Assembly: GCA_963730485.1 (NCBI GenBank)
Contig: CAVSRY010000009.1
Span: 9,214 to 73,213, forward strand
Direction of reading: 5' to 3'
DNA length: 64,000 nucleotides
DNA from: an uncultured Acidobacteriota bacterium
GTDB taxonomy: Bacteria > Acidobacteriota > Vicinamibacteria > Vicinamibacterales > SCN-69-37
The position numbers and the translations under genes were made by a program. Below, in pieces: positions 22,200 to 35,655 of the stretch. The notes beneath the pieces are model-generated. The model saw nothing but the letters and a program-made list of their open reading frames with translations. It was not told where the DNA came from and did not search any database. Every line of letters starts with the position of its first letter. Within the stretch, counting starts at the first letter, position 1.

Positions 22200-22267
22200 C
22201 CAATAACAAATCCACCAATAGCAAATAGCCAATAACCAATAGCAATTGGCGATTGGCTATCGGGCTA

Positions 22268-22273
<6 letters not shown>
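22186..22273. repeat. right CAATAGC-type heptad array (contains the right terminal inverted repeat 22208-22245) ending in a local hairpin over the carB stop
   Basis: gcaatag ccaatga ccaataa caaatcc accaata gcaaata gccaata accaata gcaattg gcgattg gctatcg ggctatt agccc. The word orientation flips at about 22245. gggcta-t-tagccc spans the carB TAA. Confidence 0.8.
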
Positions 22274-25529
<3,256 letters not shown>

Positions 25530-25536
25530 GTGCAAT

Positions 25537-25577
25537 GAAACCGGGTTTCTTGAACAGTGTCTAAGAAACCCGGTTTC
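25537..25577. repeat. GAAACCGGGTTTC-family palindrome hairpin (15-bp stem)
   Basis: gaaaccgggtttctt - gaacagtgtct - aagaaacccggtttc. It occupies the whole carA-carB spacer, and the carA stop TAG (25561-25563) and last codons lie inside it. Confidence 0.85.
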
Positions 25578-26697
25578 TTGTCTCCATCACGTTCATGAAC
25601 TCGCTGAACAAATAGTCGGCGTCGTGTGGTCCCGGCGACGCCTCGGGATGGTACTGCACGCAGAACACCGGACGCGAGGTGTGCTTCAGCCCCTCGATGG
25701 TGCCGTCGTAGAGGTTCAGGTGCGTGACCTCGACGTCATGCGGCACGGTGTCGGGATCCACGGCAAATCCGTGGTTCTGCGACGTGATTTCGATCTTGCC
25801 CGAACGCAGCTCTTTCACCGGGTGGTTCGCGCCGCGGTGCCCGAACTTGAGCTTGAAGGTCTGCGCGCCCATCGCCAGACCAAGGATCTGGTGGCCCAGG
25901 CAGATACCGAACGTCGGCACGTTGCTCTCGATGAGCGCGCGCGCGTTCGAGATCGCGTAGTCGAGCACCGCCGGATCGCCGGGACCGTTGCTCAGGAACA
26001 CGCCGTCGGGCTTCGTCGCGAGCAACGCGGCCGCCGGGGTCTTCGCCGGATACACGCGCACGTCGCAGCCGTAGGCCGAGAACCGCCGCAGAATGTTCCA
26101 CTTCATGCCGAGGTCGTACGCGGCGATGCGGAGCCGGCGCGTGCGTCTTCCGGTCGCCGGCGCAACTGCGAACTCATCGTCCTCTTTCGGCGCCACGAAG
26201 TCGAAGGGCGTGTCGCACGTCACACCCTGCACGAGATCGGCGCCTTCCATCTGGGGGATGCCGCGCGCGCGCGCGACGAGCTCTCAGGGTCCGGCTTGCC
26301 GGTCGCGACGACACCGCGCATGACGCCCGACGAACGCAGCAGCTTGGTGAGCGCACGCGTGTCGATGTTCGAGATGGCGACGACATTGTTGCGGACGAGG
26401 TACTCGCGGAGCGTGCCCTTCGGAGCGCCAGTTGCTCGCGATGGGCGATTCGGAGCGAATGATGAAGCCCGCGACCTGGATGCCGCGCGATTCGACGTCC
26501 TCGTCCGTGATCCCGTAGTTGCCGATTTCGGGACACGTCATCGTGACGATCTGACCGGCGTAGGACGGGTCGGTCAGGACCTCCTGGTATCCGGTCATGC
26601 TCGTGTTGAACACGACTTCGCCGGATGTCTCGCCGGGCGCGCCGGCAGACAACCCCCGAAACCACGCGCCGTTCTCGAGCGCTAGCACCGCTTCCAA
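25561..26697 (-). CDS. carA: carbamoyl-phosphate synthase small (glutamine amidotransferase) subunit (at least 2 frame breaks)
   Basis: I propose start TTG 26697, preceded by GGAGAAGA. The sequence reads (M)[50 protein letters not shown]..., and the GATase part reads ...[20 protein letters not shown]...[13 protein letters not shown].... Confidence 0.9.
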
Positions 26698-26854
26698 TAT
26701 TCTTCTCCCGGGGGGCTTCGCCCCCGCGGACCCCCTTACGCGCTCACTCGCGGGGGCCCCAACGCCCCGCTCCGTTCGCGCGGGCTCACTCGCTTCGCTC
26801 GTTCGCTCCAATGTCGATCAGGGTTGCCCAACGAGAAACGATGACCAGCGATAG

Positions 26855-26900
26855 TTCGTTCCTGGGACCGGTCGTACCTGACGTACCCGTCGCACCTGTG
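26855..26900. repeat. dispersed repeat, GTTCC-GGACC-(GTACC/GTCG)n type
   Basis: gttcgttcctgggaccggtcgtacctgacgtacccgtcgcacctgtg is related to 13187-13230 and 5437-5470. It abuts the stop of the PEGA gene (26904). Confidence 0.7.
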
Positions 26901-26903
26901 CTC

Positions 26904-28774
26904 TTATTCAACCGCGCGCAGCGTCGTCGTCAGCGCCGCGGTACGTCCCGCGTCCACGCGCACACGACCCGTCGCGGACCGGTATCCGCCAAGTTCCAAT
27001 GTGACCTGATGATCGCCCGGTCCGACGTCGGCCAACCGCAATGGCGCAAGGCCGACGAACCGGCCGTCCACGATGACGCGCGCGCCGCGCGGACGCGAGT
27101 CTACATCGATTGCGCCGCGTGTGGAGGTGCTCGCCACGGTTGGCGTCGATTCCAAGCCCGGCGCGAGCGTGACATCGAGCGTCCGGACGGGCGCCGTCGG
27201 CGCGAATCGTCACACGCTCGGTGCGCGGGACATGGCCGGGACGAGCCACGCGCACGGCGTACGTGCCGGGCGCCAGGCCCTTCGCCACGACCGGGGTCTC
27301 GCCGAAGTGCCGGCCGTCAATCGTCACGAGCGCGCCGGACGGCTGAGATCGCACGACAAGGCGGCCAGCGGCGACAGCCGGCCTGGCGTCACGTGCGGCG
27401 GGCGGGTCAGACCGCTCCCGTTCCGCTGGTGCGACCGGCGGCGTCACTGGAGCGGGGGTCGGCGCCGGTGCGGGCCTCGGCGCGTCCGTCTCGGCAGGGG
27501 GCGCGGGCTCGGGCTGAACGCGGCACCCGGGCGACGATACTCGTGGGCTCGGCGGCCGGTTGGACGGGCGCGGCGAACCAGGTCCGCGCGACCAAGAGCC
27601 CTCCACCGACGCCAAACAGCAGACCCGCCGCGGCATAGACGAGCGTCTTCACCAGCACCGCTGAACGGCGGGGCTGCGGAGTGGCGGCGAGTGTCGAAGA
27701 TACCCGCCGGCACTTCGTAGGACGGAGATGCGAGCGCCGTGTCGAGCCACTCGTGTGCCTGCGCCGCTGCCGGCACGATCATCGCACGTGAGCGAGTCTC
27801 GATGGGTGCAATGACCGGCGCGACCTCGTCCGCCTTCGCGGTTGCCACCGGCGTGGCGACAACCGGCTCGACTGGCTCCTCCGGGCAGGAACTCGTCGGC
27901 TGACCGCGCCGCAAGAAAGACCTCGGAGGCCTTTTCCGCGTCTTCTCGAGAGAAAGACCTCCGAGGTCTTTCTTGCTCTCTACGATGGCCGGCGGCGACC
28001 GGCGCCTTGGACGGGGCCGTGGATGAGCGCTGGCCGACCTCGTCGAGCGCGCCAATCAGGGCGTCGGCTGAGCTGAAGCGCTGCTCAGGCGAATCGGCCA
28101 GGGCGGTCGACAGGACCTTCCGGAGCCGCACGCGATGCTCTGGCGCCATTTCCTTCGCGAACACGCCATCCTGCTCGCCACTTGCGGCCGGCCGCCGGCC
28201 GGTCAGCAGTTCGTGCGCAATCACGCCGAGCGAAAAAACGTCCGCGCGCGCGTCCCACGGCCGCACTACCCCGCTCCGGCGCGACGTACGGCCGTCGCAG
28301 CAGAGGATTGCTCATCCCCGCGGTTTCGAGCGCCTGGACGATGCCGAACCCGGTCACGCCCGCGAGCCCGTCTTCATCCTCGTGGACGAAGACGTCACGC
28401 GGATGCAACGCGCCGTGAAGGATTCCGGCTCCGCCCGCCGACACGAGGGTCGCCGCGAGCGGGCGGAGGATGCGGAGGGCCCGGTCGATCGGCATGGGCA
28501 TCGCGCGGCGAAGCACGATGTCGAGCGTCTCTCCAGGCTGGAACGCCATCACGACGTACGGCGTCGTGCCCTCGAGTCCGACGTCGAGCAGCGGAACGAT
28601 CAGCGGATGGACCGGCGGAGTGGACTGCAACCGGCGCAGCGCATCGGCAAGCCGGACGATTTGTTCAGGGAGGACCTCGAGCCGGAAGACCTTGATCGCA
28701 ACGAGCCGGTCACGCGGCGAATCGAACGCACGAAACACCGGGCCGAGAACGCCACTGCCGGTCTGGTGAAGCAC
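26904..28774 (-). CDS. Hanks-type pseudokinase - linker - TM - two PEGA domains (several frame breaks; could be two adjacent genes)
   Basis: The kinase fold reads GSGVLGPVF...VAIKVF...YVAPER...ADVFSLGVIAHELLTGRRP...RFSSA, but HRDLKPxN is replaced by HGALHPRD and DFG by GFG. A TM segment (LVKTLVYAAAGLLFGVGGGLLVA) follows. The PEGA domains read RLVVRSQPSGALVTIDGRHFGETPV...GTYAVRVARPGH and AIDVDSRPRGARVIVDGRFVGLAPL...GDHQVTLELGGY. Confidence 0.6.
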
Positions 28775-28969
28775 GCGATACGTGCCGAACGCAGCAGGCG
28801 CGCTGAAATTGCCGGACTCGTCGAAGTGCAGCGCGGTGCCTCCCTCTGGTCCTAAACGCCCGAGGACTCGGTAATCCTAACACGCCGGTTCGCATTGTTT
28901 TGTCGAGGGCGGCGTCGCGTGCGAGCGCGAACGAAACGACCGCGTGTCGGGTGTAGTAGATTCCTTGGG

Positions 28970-30633
28970 ATGGCCCAGCGCCCGGAGGCGACGCTTTCGC
29001 ACGGCCTCGTCCGTCGTGCGATCGATTTGCGCCGCTGCCCGTGGGTGCGGCCGATCGTCGCCGACTACGCCGACCGGTTCGCGTACGCTGTCGTCCCTGT
29101 TCGCCGGAAATCCGGCGGATACCGACGCGTGGCGCGCCACGATTGCCCGCGTTCAGGCCGCGCCGCGCGATCGCGCGCTCGTCGCCGGCGTGCTCGCCGA
29201 CCAGCTCGATCGCCGGGGGGCACCTGCCCAGGCGCGGCAGGCCGCGGCGGCCCTCGCCGACCCTTCGAGCGTGGCCATCGTCACCGGCCAGCAGGCCGGG
29301 GCATTTGGCGGGCCGCTCTACACCGTTCTGAAGGCGGTCACGGCCATCCAGCTGGCGCGGCACGTCCACGCCGAGCACGGGGTGCCGGTCGTGCCCGTCT
29401 TCTGGGTGGACGCCGAAGATCACGACTGGGAAGAGATTCGGACTGCCACGACGCTCGACGCGGACTTCAACGTGGCCGAAGTGACGTTGCCGTCACCGCC
29501 CGGCGCGGGCTCGCATCCTGTCGGCTCGCTGGTGCTGGACGAGAATGTCGACCAAGTGGTGGCCGCGTGGGCCGCGACGCTGCCGGCCACGGAGTTCACT
29601 CAGGAACTCGTCGCGTCGCTCAAACGGCACTACCACCCTGGCGCCACGATCGGCGCGGCGTTCGCCGGCTGGATTGATGAGCTCCTGGGACGACATGGCC
29701 TCGTCGTCTTCGACGCGGCCGACCCGCGCGTCAAGCCGGCCGTCGCGAGCTTGTTCGTGGCGGAGCTTGGCGCGCCGGCGCGAACGTCGTCGCTCGTCAA
29801 GGGCGCCGGCGCGTCCATGGCCGCGCTCGGCCATCCGCCTCAGGTCGAACCTGCCGATGACGCGGTCAATCTGTTCTATCTGGACGAGTCGGGACGACGC
29901 CCGATCAAGATTCGTGACGGCGGGTACGCGATCGGCACGGCCATTCGGGCGCCGAAGGAGCTCGAGGCCGAGGCCGCCGCGCATCCCGAACGCTTCAGTC
30001 CCAACGTCATCCTGCGGCCGATCGTCCAGGACAAGTTGTTCCCGACGATCTGTTACATCGCAGGCCCAAGCGAGCTCGCCTACCAGGCGCAGCTCGGCGG
30101 CGTGTATCGCGCGTTTGGCGTCGAACCGCCGCTCCTTCACTCCCGGGCGAGCGCCACCATTCTCGATTCACCGTCCGCGCGATTCCTCGAGAAGCACGAC
30201 GTCGCCGTTCGAGTCCCTTCAGGCGCAGGACGAGTCGGTGCTCAACCATCTGCTCGAGCGTCAACTTCCCGCATCAATCGACCAGCTCATTCACGCGACC
30301 GAACGGCACATCAGCGAGCAGACCACGGCACTCCGCGAGGCGGTCAAGGCGGTCGATCCCACTCTCTCGGGCGCGGTCGACACGACCGCCGCGAAGCTGA
30401 CGGAAACGATCCATCACCTTCAGAGCAAGATTGTTCAAGCCAGCAAGAAGAAGGACGAGACGCTGCGCCGCCAGTTCAAGCGCACGCGTGACCTCGCCTT
30501 CCCGGGTGGACATCCGCAGGAACGTCTGCTCAACGTCGCGTTCTTCGCCAACCGCTACGGCGAGGCGTTCGTCGATCGCCTGCTGCAGGAATTGCCGGTC
30601 TCGGCGGCCTGTCACTACCTCGTCACGTTGTAA
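28970..30633 (+). CDS. bshC: bacillithiol biosynthesis cysteine-adding enzyme BshC (frame breaks ~29090 and ~30200)
   Basis: ...VAIVTGQQAGAFGGPLYTVLKAVTAIQLA...VPVFWVDAEDHDWEE...FSPNVILRPIVQDKLFPTICYIAGPSELAYQAQL...LRRQFKRTRDLAFPGGHPQERLLN.... Confidence 0.8.
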
Positions 30634-32100
30634 GACGCCGCCGAGCGGCATCGGCGAGCACCGCGCGCGAGGCGGCCAACTGCGCGCTGTCCGTCTCGAG
30701 ACTCTTCCGCGCGTCCTCGAGGGCGGCAGCGACCACCTGCGGCGACGGTCCCCCGAGCGTCCGGCGCACTTCGACAAAGTTTTCTGGGCTGAGGATGCGG
30801 GCGAGATCGTCCGCCGCGTATTCGATGCGGTGCCCACGCGCCCGGGCGGCGGCCGCGAGGAGCGCCGCCGGCTCGTCTTTGGCGGCGCTGGGCGCCGTCG
30901 CGCCCACGACGCACGACGTCGCTCACGATCTCGTGCGCCTCGCCGAACGACAGTCCGTGATCGCGCACGAGCACGTCGGCCAGCTCGGTCACCGTCACCC
31001 ACGCCGCGCCGGCGCGCTCGCGCATCCGTGCGACGTCGAACTCGGCCTTCGCCATTGTCGCTGCCAGCAGCGACACGGCGCGGGTCGCATCCCTGAACGC
31101 GCCGCGCACGAGCGGCTGCAGATCGTCCTCCGTATCGACGATGTCTCCGAACGGCGTGTTGTGCGGTACCTGCGCGACCGCGCCCAGCTCGCCGAGCGCC
31201 TTCGAGAACAACGCGCGCGCGTGCTCGAGGGCCACCGGGTTCCGCTTCTGCGGCATGATGCTGCTCACCTGCACGAACCCGTCCGGCAGCCGCAGATAGC
31301 CGATCTCCACGGTGGCCCACAACAACAAGTCCTGCGTGAAGCGCCCGAGGCCGATCACCAGCACCGAGGCCGCGCTCAGGGGCTCGAGCAGATAGTCGAC
31401 GGCGCCAATGCTGCCGTAGGTATTGCCCGTCGGTCCCGAGAAGCCGAGAAGGTCACTCGTACGGTCGCGGTCGATTGGAAACCCCGTGCCCGTGATCGCG
31501 CACGCTCCCAGCGGATTGCGGTTCACGGTCGCGTACGCGGACCGAAGACGGACCGTGTCTCGTTCGAGACTCTCGATGACGGCCATGCAGATAGTGCGCC
31601 ACGGTCGTCGGCTGCGCCGGTTGACCGTGCGTATGGGCGGGAAACACCGAATGCGTGTGCTGATCCGCCACGTCTATCAGCGCCTTCCGCAGCTCGACCA
31701 CGGCCTCGGCGAGCGTCAGAATCCACTCGCGGAGCAGCATCCGGTACATCGTCATGTCGATGTCGTTGCGGCTGCGCGCGGTATGGAGCCGGCCGGCGAC
31801 CTCCGGCCCGCAGGCCTCGGCCAGAAGACGGTTTACATAGAAAAAGAGATCTTCGCAGGATCCGTCGTAGCCCGCGCGTTCGAGCGCGTCACGATCGATG
31901 GCGCCGAGCGCCTGCCGAATCGCGTGCGCGTCGTCGGGCGTCACGATGCCCCGTTCAGTCAGCATCGCGAGGTGCGCGTAGTGAATCGCCATCAACGGCT
32001 CGATGAACAGCGCCTTCGCATCTTCGAAGTTTTCGCGGAGCACGAGCCGGAGGTATTCGAGGGCGAAGGACATCGGGCGAGCCGAAAGTATGCGCCGCAT
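30623..32100 (-). CDS. argininosuccinate lyase family protein (fumarate-lyase superfamily); 2 frame breaks
   Basis: ...RLHTARSRNDIDMT...THGQPAQPTT...VSSIMPQKRNPVALE (GSSxMPxKxN signature). The N-terminus is atypical for canonical ArgH, so only the family is called. Confidence 0.65.
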
Positions 32101-32106
32101 CCTCGC

Positions 32107-34546
32107 ATGTCAAGCGCCATCGGGCGGAATTGCCGTACACTGTTTTCGGACGTGGCGACCCGTCCGACTTCCCGGCGCCCCGCCCGGCGCGCACCGAAGC
32201 CCACGACGCTCTTCGGGCGCATCCGCGCGATCTTCACGCCTCCGCTGAAGCCGTGGGTGCAGGTACTCGCTCGTGGCGAGCGCGTTCGTGATCACGTTTG
32301 TCGCGGTCGTGGTGTCCTGGCTGTGGGTCTCGTACGGCCGGATGATCGACGCGCGCCTGTCCGGCGAACAGCGCCCGGTGCCACGGATCTTCGGGCGCGC
32401 GTTCGAGCTCAAACCTGGCCTCGGGCTGTCGCAGGCGCAGCTCGTCCAGCGCCTCAATGACGTCGGCTACGCCGAGCGCGCCGCGCCGAAGGCGCCCGGC
32501 GAGTTCGGCGTCAGCAACACGACGGTCACCGTCGTGCCGCGCAACCTGGAACGCGGACAAGCGGCGCTCGTCCGCGTGGACTACGCACGCGCCAACTCTA
32601 CGGTGATCACCCGACTCACGGGCGGCGACGGCAAGAAAGTCGAACGCGTCGTCGCTGGAAGCCCCGCTCCTCGCCGCGCTCGCCGCGGGCGAGCGTCGCC
32701 GATACGTGCCACTCGCGAGCATCCCGCGACAGCTCATCGAGGCCGTCCTCACGACGGAAGACCGGCGCTTCTACGACCATCCCGGCGTCGATCCGATCGG
32801 CATCCTCCGCGCGTTCGTGACGAATCTCAGAGAGGACCGGTCGTATCTGGTCGGCGGCAGCACGCTCACGCAACAGATCGTCAAGAACACGTTCCTGACG
32901 CCGGCGCAGACCCTGCGCCGCAAGGTCCAGGAACAGTTCATGGCGCTCGTGCTCGAGTCGCGCTTCACGAAGGACCAGATCCTCGAGCTGTATCTCAACG
33001 ACATCGTGATGGGACAGCGCGGGCCGTTCGCGATTCACGGCATTCCCGAGGCCGCGCGCGTCTTCTTCGGCAAGGACGTGCGCAACGTCACGCTCGCCGA
33101 GGCCGCGACGCTCGCCGGCATCATCCAGACGCCGTCCCGCTTCTCGCCGTTGCGGAATCCGGAGCGCGCCCGTGAACGCCGCAACGTCGTGCTCGCGGGC
33201 ATGGCCGAGGCCGGCGTGATCCCGGCCGACGACGCCAAGTCGGCGCAAGGCGAGCCGCTCATCGTCGCCAGCCGCGCGTTCGACAACGAAGCGCCGTACT
33301 TCGTCGACTACGTCAGCTCGCTCATTGACGAGAAGTACGGCGGGCTGTTGAAGCGCGATGCCGCCGTGGACATCTACACGACGCTCGACGTGCACCTGCA
33401 GCGGCTGGCGCAGGAAGCGCTCGTCGAGGGCATGGCGCAGGTGGACAAGCAGCTGGCGGCCCGCAAGCGGCGCGGGCAGGCGCAGGCGGCGCTCATCGCC
33501 GTCGATCCACGGACCGGCGAGATCCTCGCGCTCGTCGGTGGCCGTGCCTACAGCTCGTCTCAATACAATCGCGCCATCCTCGCCCGGCGGCAGCCGGGTT
33601 CCGTCTTCAAGCCGTTCGTCTATCTCGCGGCGTTCGAATCGATGGCAGAGGAGGGACGCGCGGATCTGACGCCCGCGTCCATCGTCGTCGACGAGCCCAC
33701 CGTGTTCCAGGACGGCGACAAGGAATACGCGCCCGCCAACTACCAGGACGAGTACGACGGTCCGATCACGTTGCGCCGGGCGCTTGCCCACTCCCGCAAC
33801 GTCGCCACCGTGAAGGTCGCCGAGACGGTCGGCTTCGACCGGGTCGCGGCGCTGTGGAAGCGGACCGGCGTCGGCGCGACCGCCCGCGCGTTCCCGTCGA
33901 TCGCGTTGGGCGTCTTCGAAGTCACGCCGCTCGAGATGACCGAGGCCTACACGTTGTTCACGAATGGAGGCTCCGTCCGGCCCCTTCAGGCGGTCTCACG
34001 GATTGTCCTCGACGGCAAGACACGAGCAGACCGAGACACTTGCCACTCGTTCGGTCGCCCGCCCGGATGTCACCTACCTCGTCACGAGCATGATGCAGAG
34101 CGTGCTGAATTCAGGCACGGGCGCTGGCGCGCGAGCGCAGGGCTTTGCCCTCGACGCCGCGGGCAAGACCGGCACGACGAACGACCTGCGGGACGCCTGG
34201 TTCATCGGGTTCACCCCCGAGCTGCTCACGGCGGTCTGGGTGGGTTTCGACGACAACCAGCCTATTGGGTTGAGCGGGTCGCAGGCCGCGCTCCCGATGT
34301 GGACGGCGTTCATGAAGCGGGCGCTGGCTGGGCGGCCCAACATCAAGTTCGAGGCGCCCGACGGCATCGAGTTCGCCTCCATCGACGCGGAGACCGGACA
34401 GCTGGCCACTCCGAACTGCCCGCGGGTCGTGAACGAGTCGTTCATTACCGGAACGGCCCCCACCAAGTCCTGCGAGGTCCACGGCGGCGGGTGTCGGGTC
34501 GATCCTGTCGCGGCTCGGTGGACTTTTCCGGCGGGTGATCCGATAG
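32107..34546 (+). CDS. class A penicillin-binding protein (PBP1A-type transglycosylase/transpeptidase); at least 3 frame breaks; ends approximate
   Basis: GT51 motifs: TTEDRRFYDHPGVD, GGSTLTQQIVKN, RKVQEQ. TPase motifs: GSVFKPFVY (SxxK), HSRN, KTGTTND. N-terminal TM segment ASAFVITFVAVVVSWLWV. Confidence 0.85.
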
Positions 34547-34573
34547 CCGGGCAGCCGCTTTTGCCCTGTTTGC

Positions 34574-34579
34574 TATACT
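34574..34579 (+). promoter_or_regulatory. candidate -10 hexamer TATACT for hrcA operon
   Basis: TATACT lies 5 nt upstream of CIRCE and 36 nt upstream of the hrcA ATG. No convincing -35 box is visible. Confidence 0.3.
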
Positions 34580-34584
34580 TTGGG

Positions 34585-34611
34585 CTAGCACTCTCTCCAG
34601 GAGACTGCTAA
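34585..34611 (+). promoter_or_regulatory. CIRCE operator (HrcA binding site)
   Basis: CTAGCACTC-tctccagga-GACTGCTAA compared with the consensus TTAGCACTC-N9-GAGTGCTAA (8/9 + 8/9). It ends 4 nt before the hrcA ATG. Confidence 0.85.
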
Positions 34612-34615
34612 GAGC

Positions 34616-35649
34616 ATGATTGCCAGACACCGACGGATTCTCGCCAGCCTCGTCGCGGGCTACATCGAACAGGGAGAACCTGTGTCGTCGGCGTGGCTTG
34701 CGGGCCATAGCGCGCTGGGCCTTTCCTCGGCGACGGTCCGGCACATCCTGGCTTCGCTCGAGGAACAAGGACTCGTCCGGCAGCCGCACACGTCGGCCGG
34801 CCGCATTCCGACGGATTCCGGCTACCGGCTGTACGTCGACACGCTCCTCGAATCGCGCCGCAAGGCCCGTCCCAGCGCGGAGGTCGAGGCCAGGCTGCGA
34901 CGCGTGGCGACGGTGAGCACCCTGCTCGAACATGCGTCGCACGAGCTGTCGCGGGCGTCTCAGCAGGTCGGCTTCGCGATCGCACCGCCGAACCCGACGA
35001 TCCGGCTGCATCACCTGGACTTCGCGGTGCTCGAAGGCACGCCGCGTGCTGGTCATCGTCGTCGGCACCGGCGGCCACGTGATTCACAAGGTCATCGAAA
35101 CGGACGAACCGTACGGCGCCAGCGTCGCTGACACAGGCCGCCAACTACATCAACAGCGAGTTCTCGGGCATGACGCTTCCCGAAGCGCGCGAAACGATCG
35201 TCCGGCGGCTCCGGGAAGAGCGCCTGCTCTACGACCGCCTGATGAAGCGCTCGCTCGAACTGGCTCAGCAGGGACTCGAACACGCCGAGCCGGAAGAACG
35301 TCTCCATGTCCAGGGCGCGTCGTTCCTGATGGAAGGCCTGGTGGACGCCGCCGACCGTGAAGACATGGTCGAGGCGCTCCGCGTGCTCTTCCGGATGATC
35401 GAAGAGAAGGATCACCTCGTCGAGCTGCTCACGCGGTCCATCGAAGCATCCGGGCTGACGATCATCATCGGGTCCGAACATCCGTCGCCCAACCTTCGCG
35501 CCTTCAGTCTCGTCGCCTCGACCGTCCAGGACGGCGACCGAACGACGACCGTCGGCGTCATTGGCCCAACGCGCATGCGCTATCAGCGAGCGATCTCGAT
35601 CGTCGATGGCGTGTCGCAGGCCGTCAGCCGGGTTCTCGAGAGTCAGTAA
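34616..35649 (+). CDS. hrcA: heat-inducible transcription repressor HrcA (2-3 frame breaks)
   Basis: MIARHRRILASLVAGYIEQGEPVSSAWLA...SSATVRHILASLEEQGLVRQPHTSAGRIPTDSGYRLYVD.... The C-terminus reads ...TVGVIGPTRMRYQRAISIVDGVSQAVSRVL. Confidence 0.9.
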
Positions 35650-35655
35650 CGCCCA

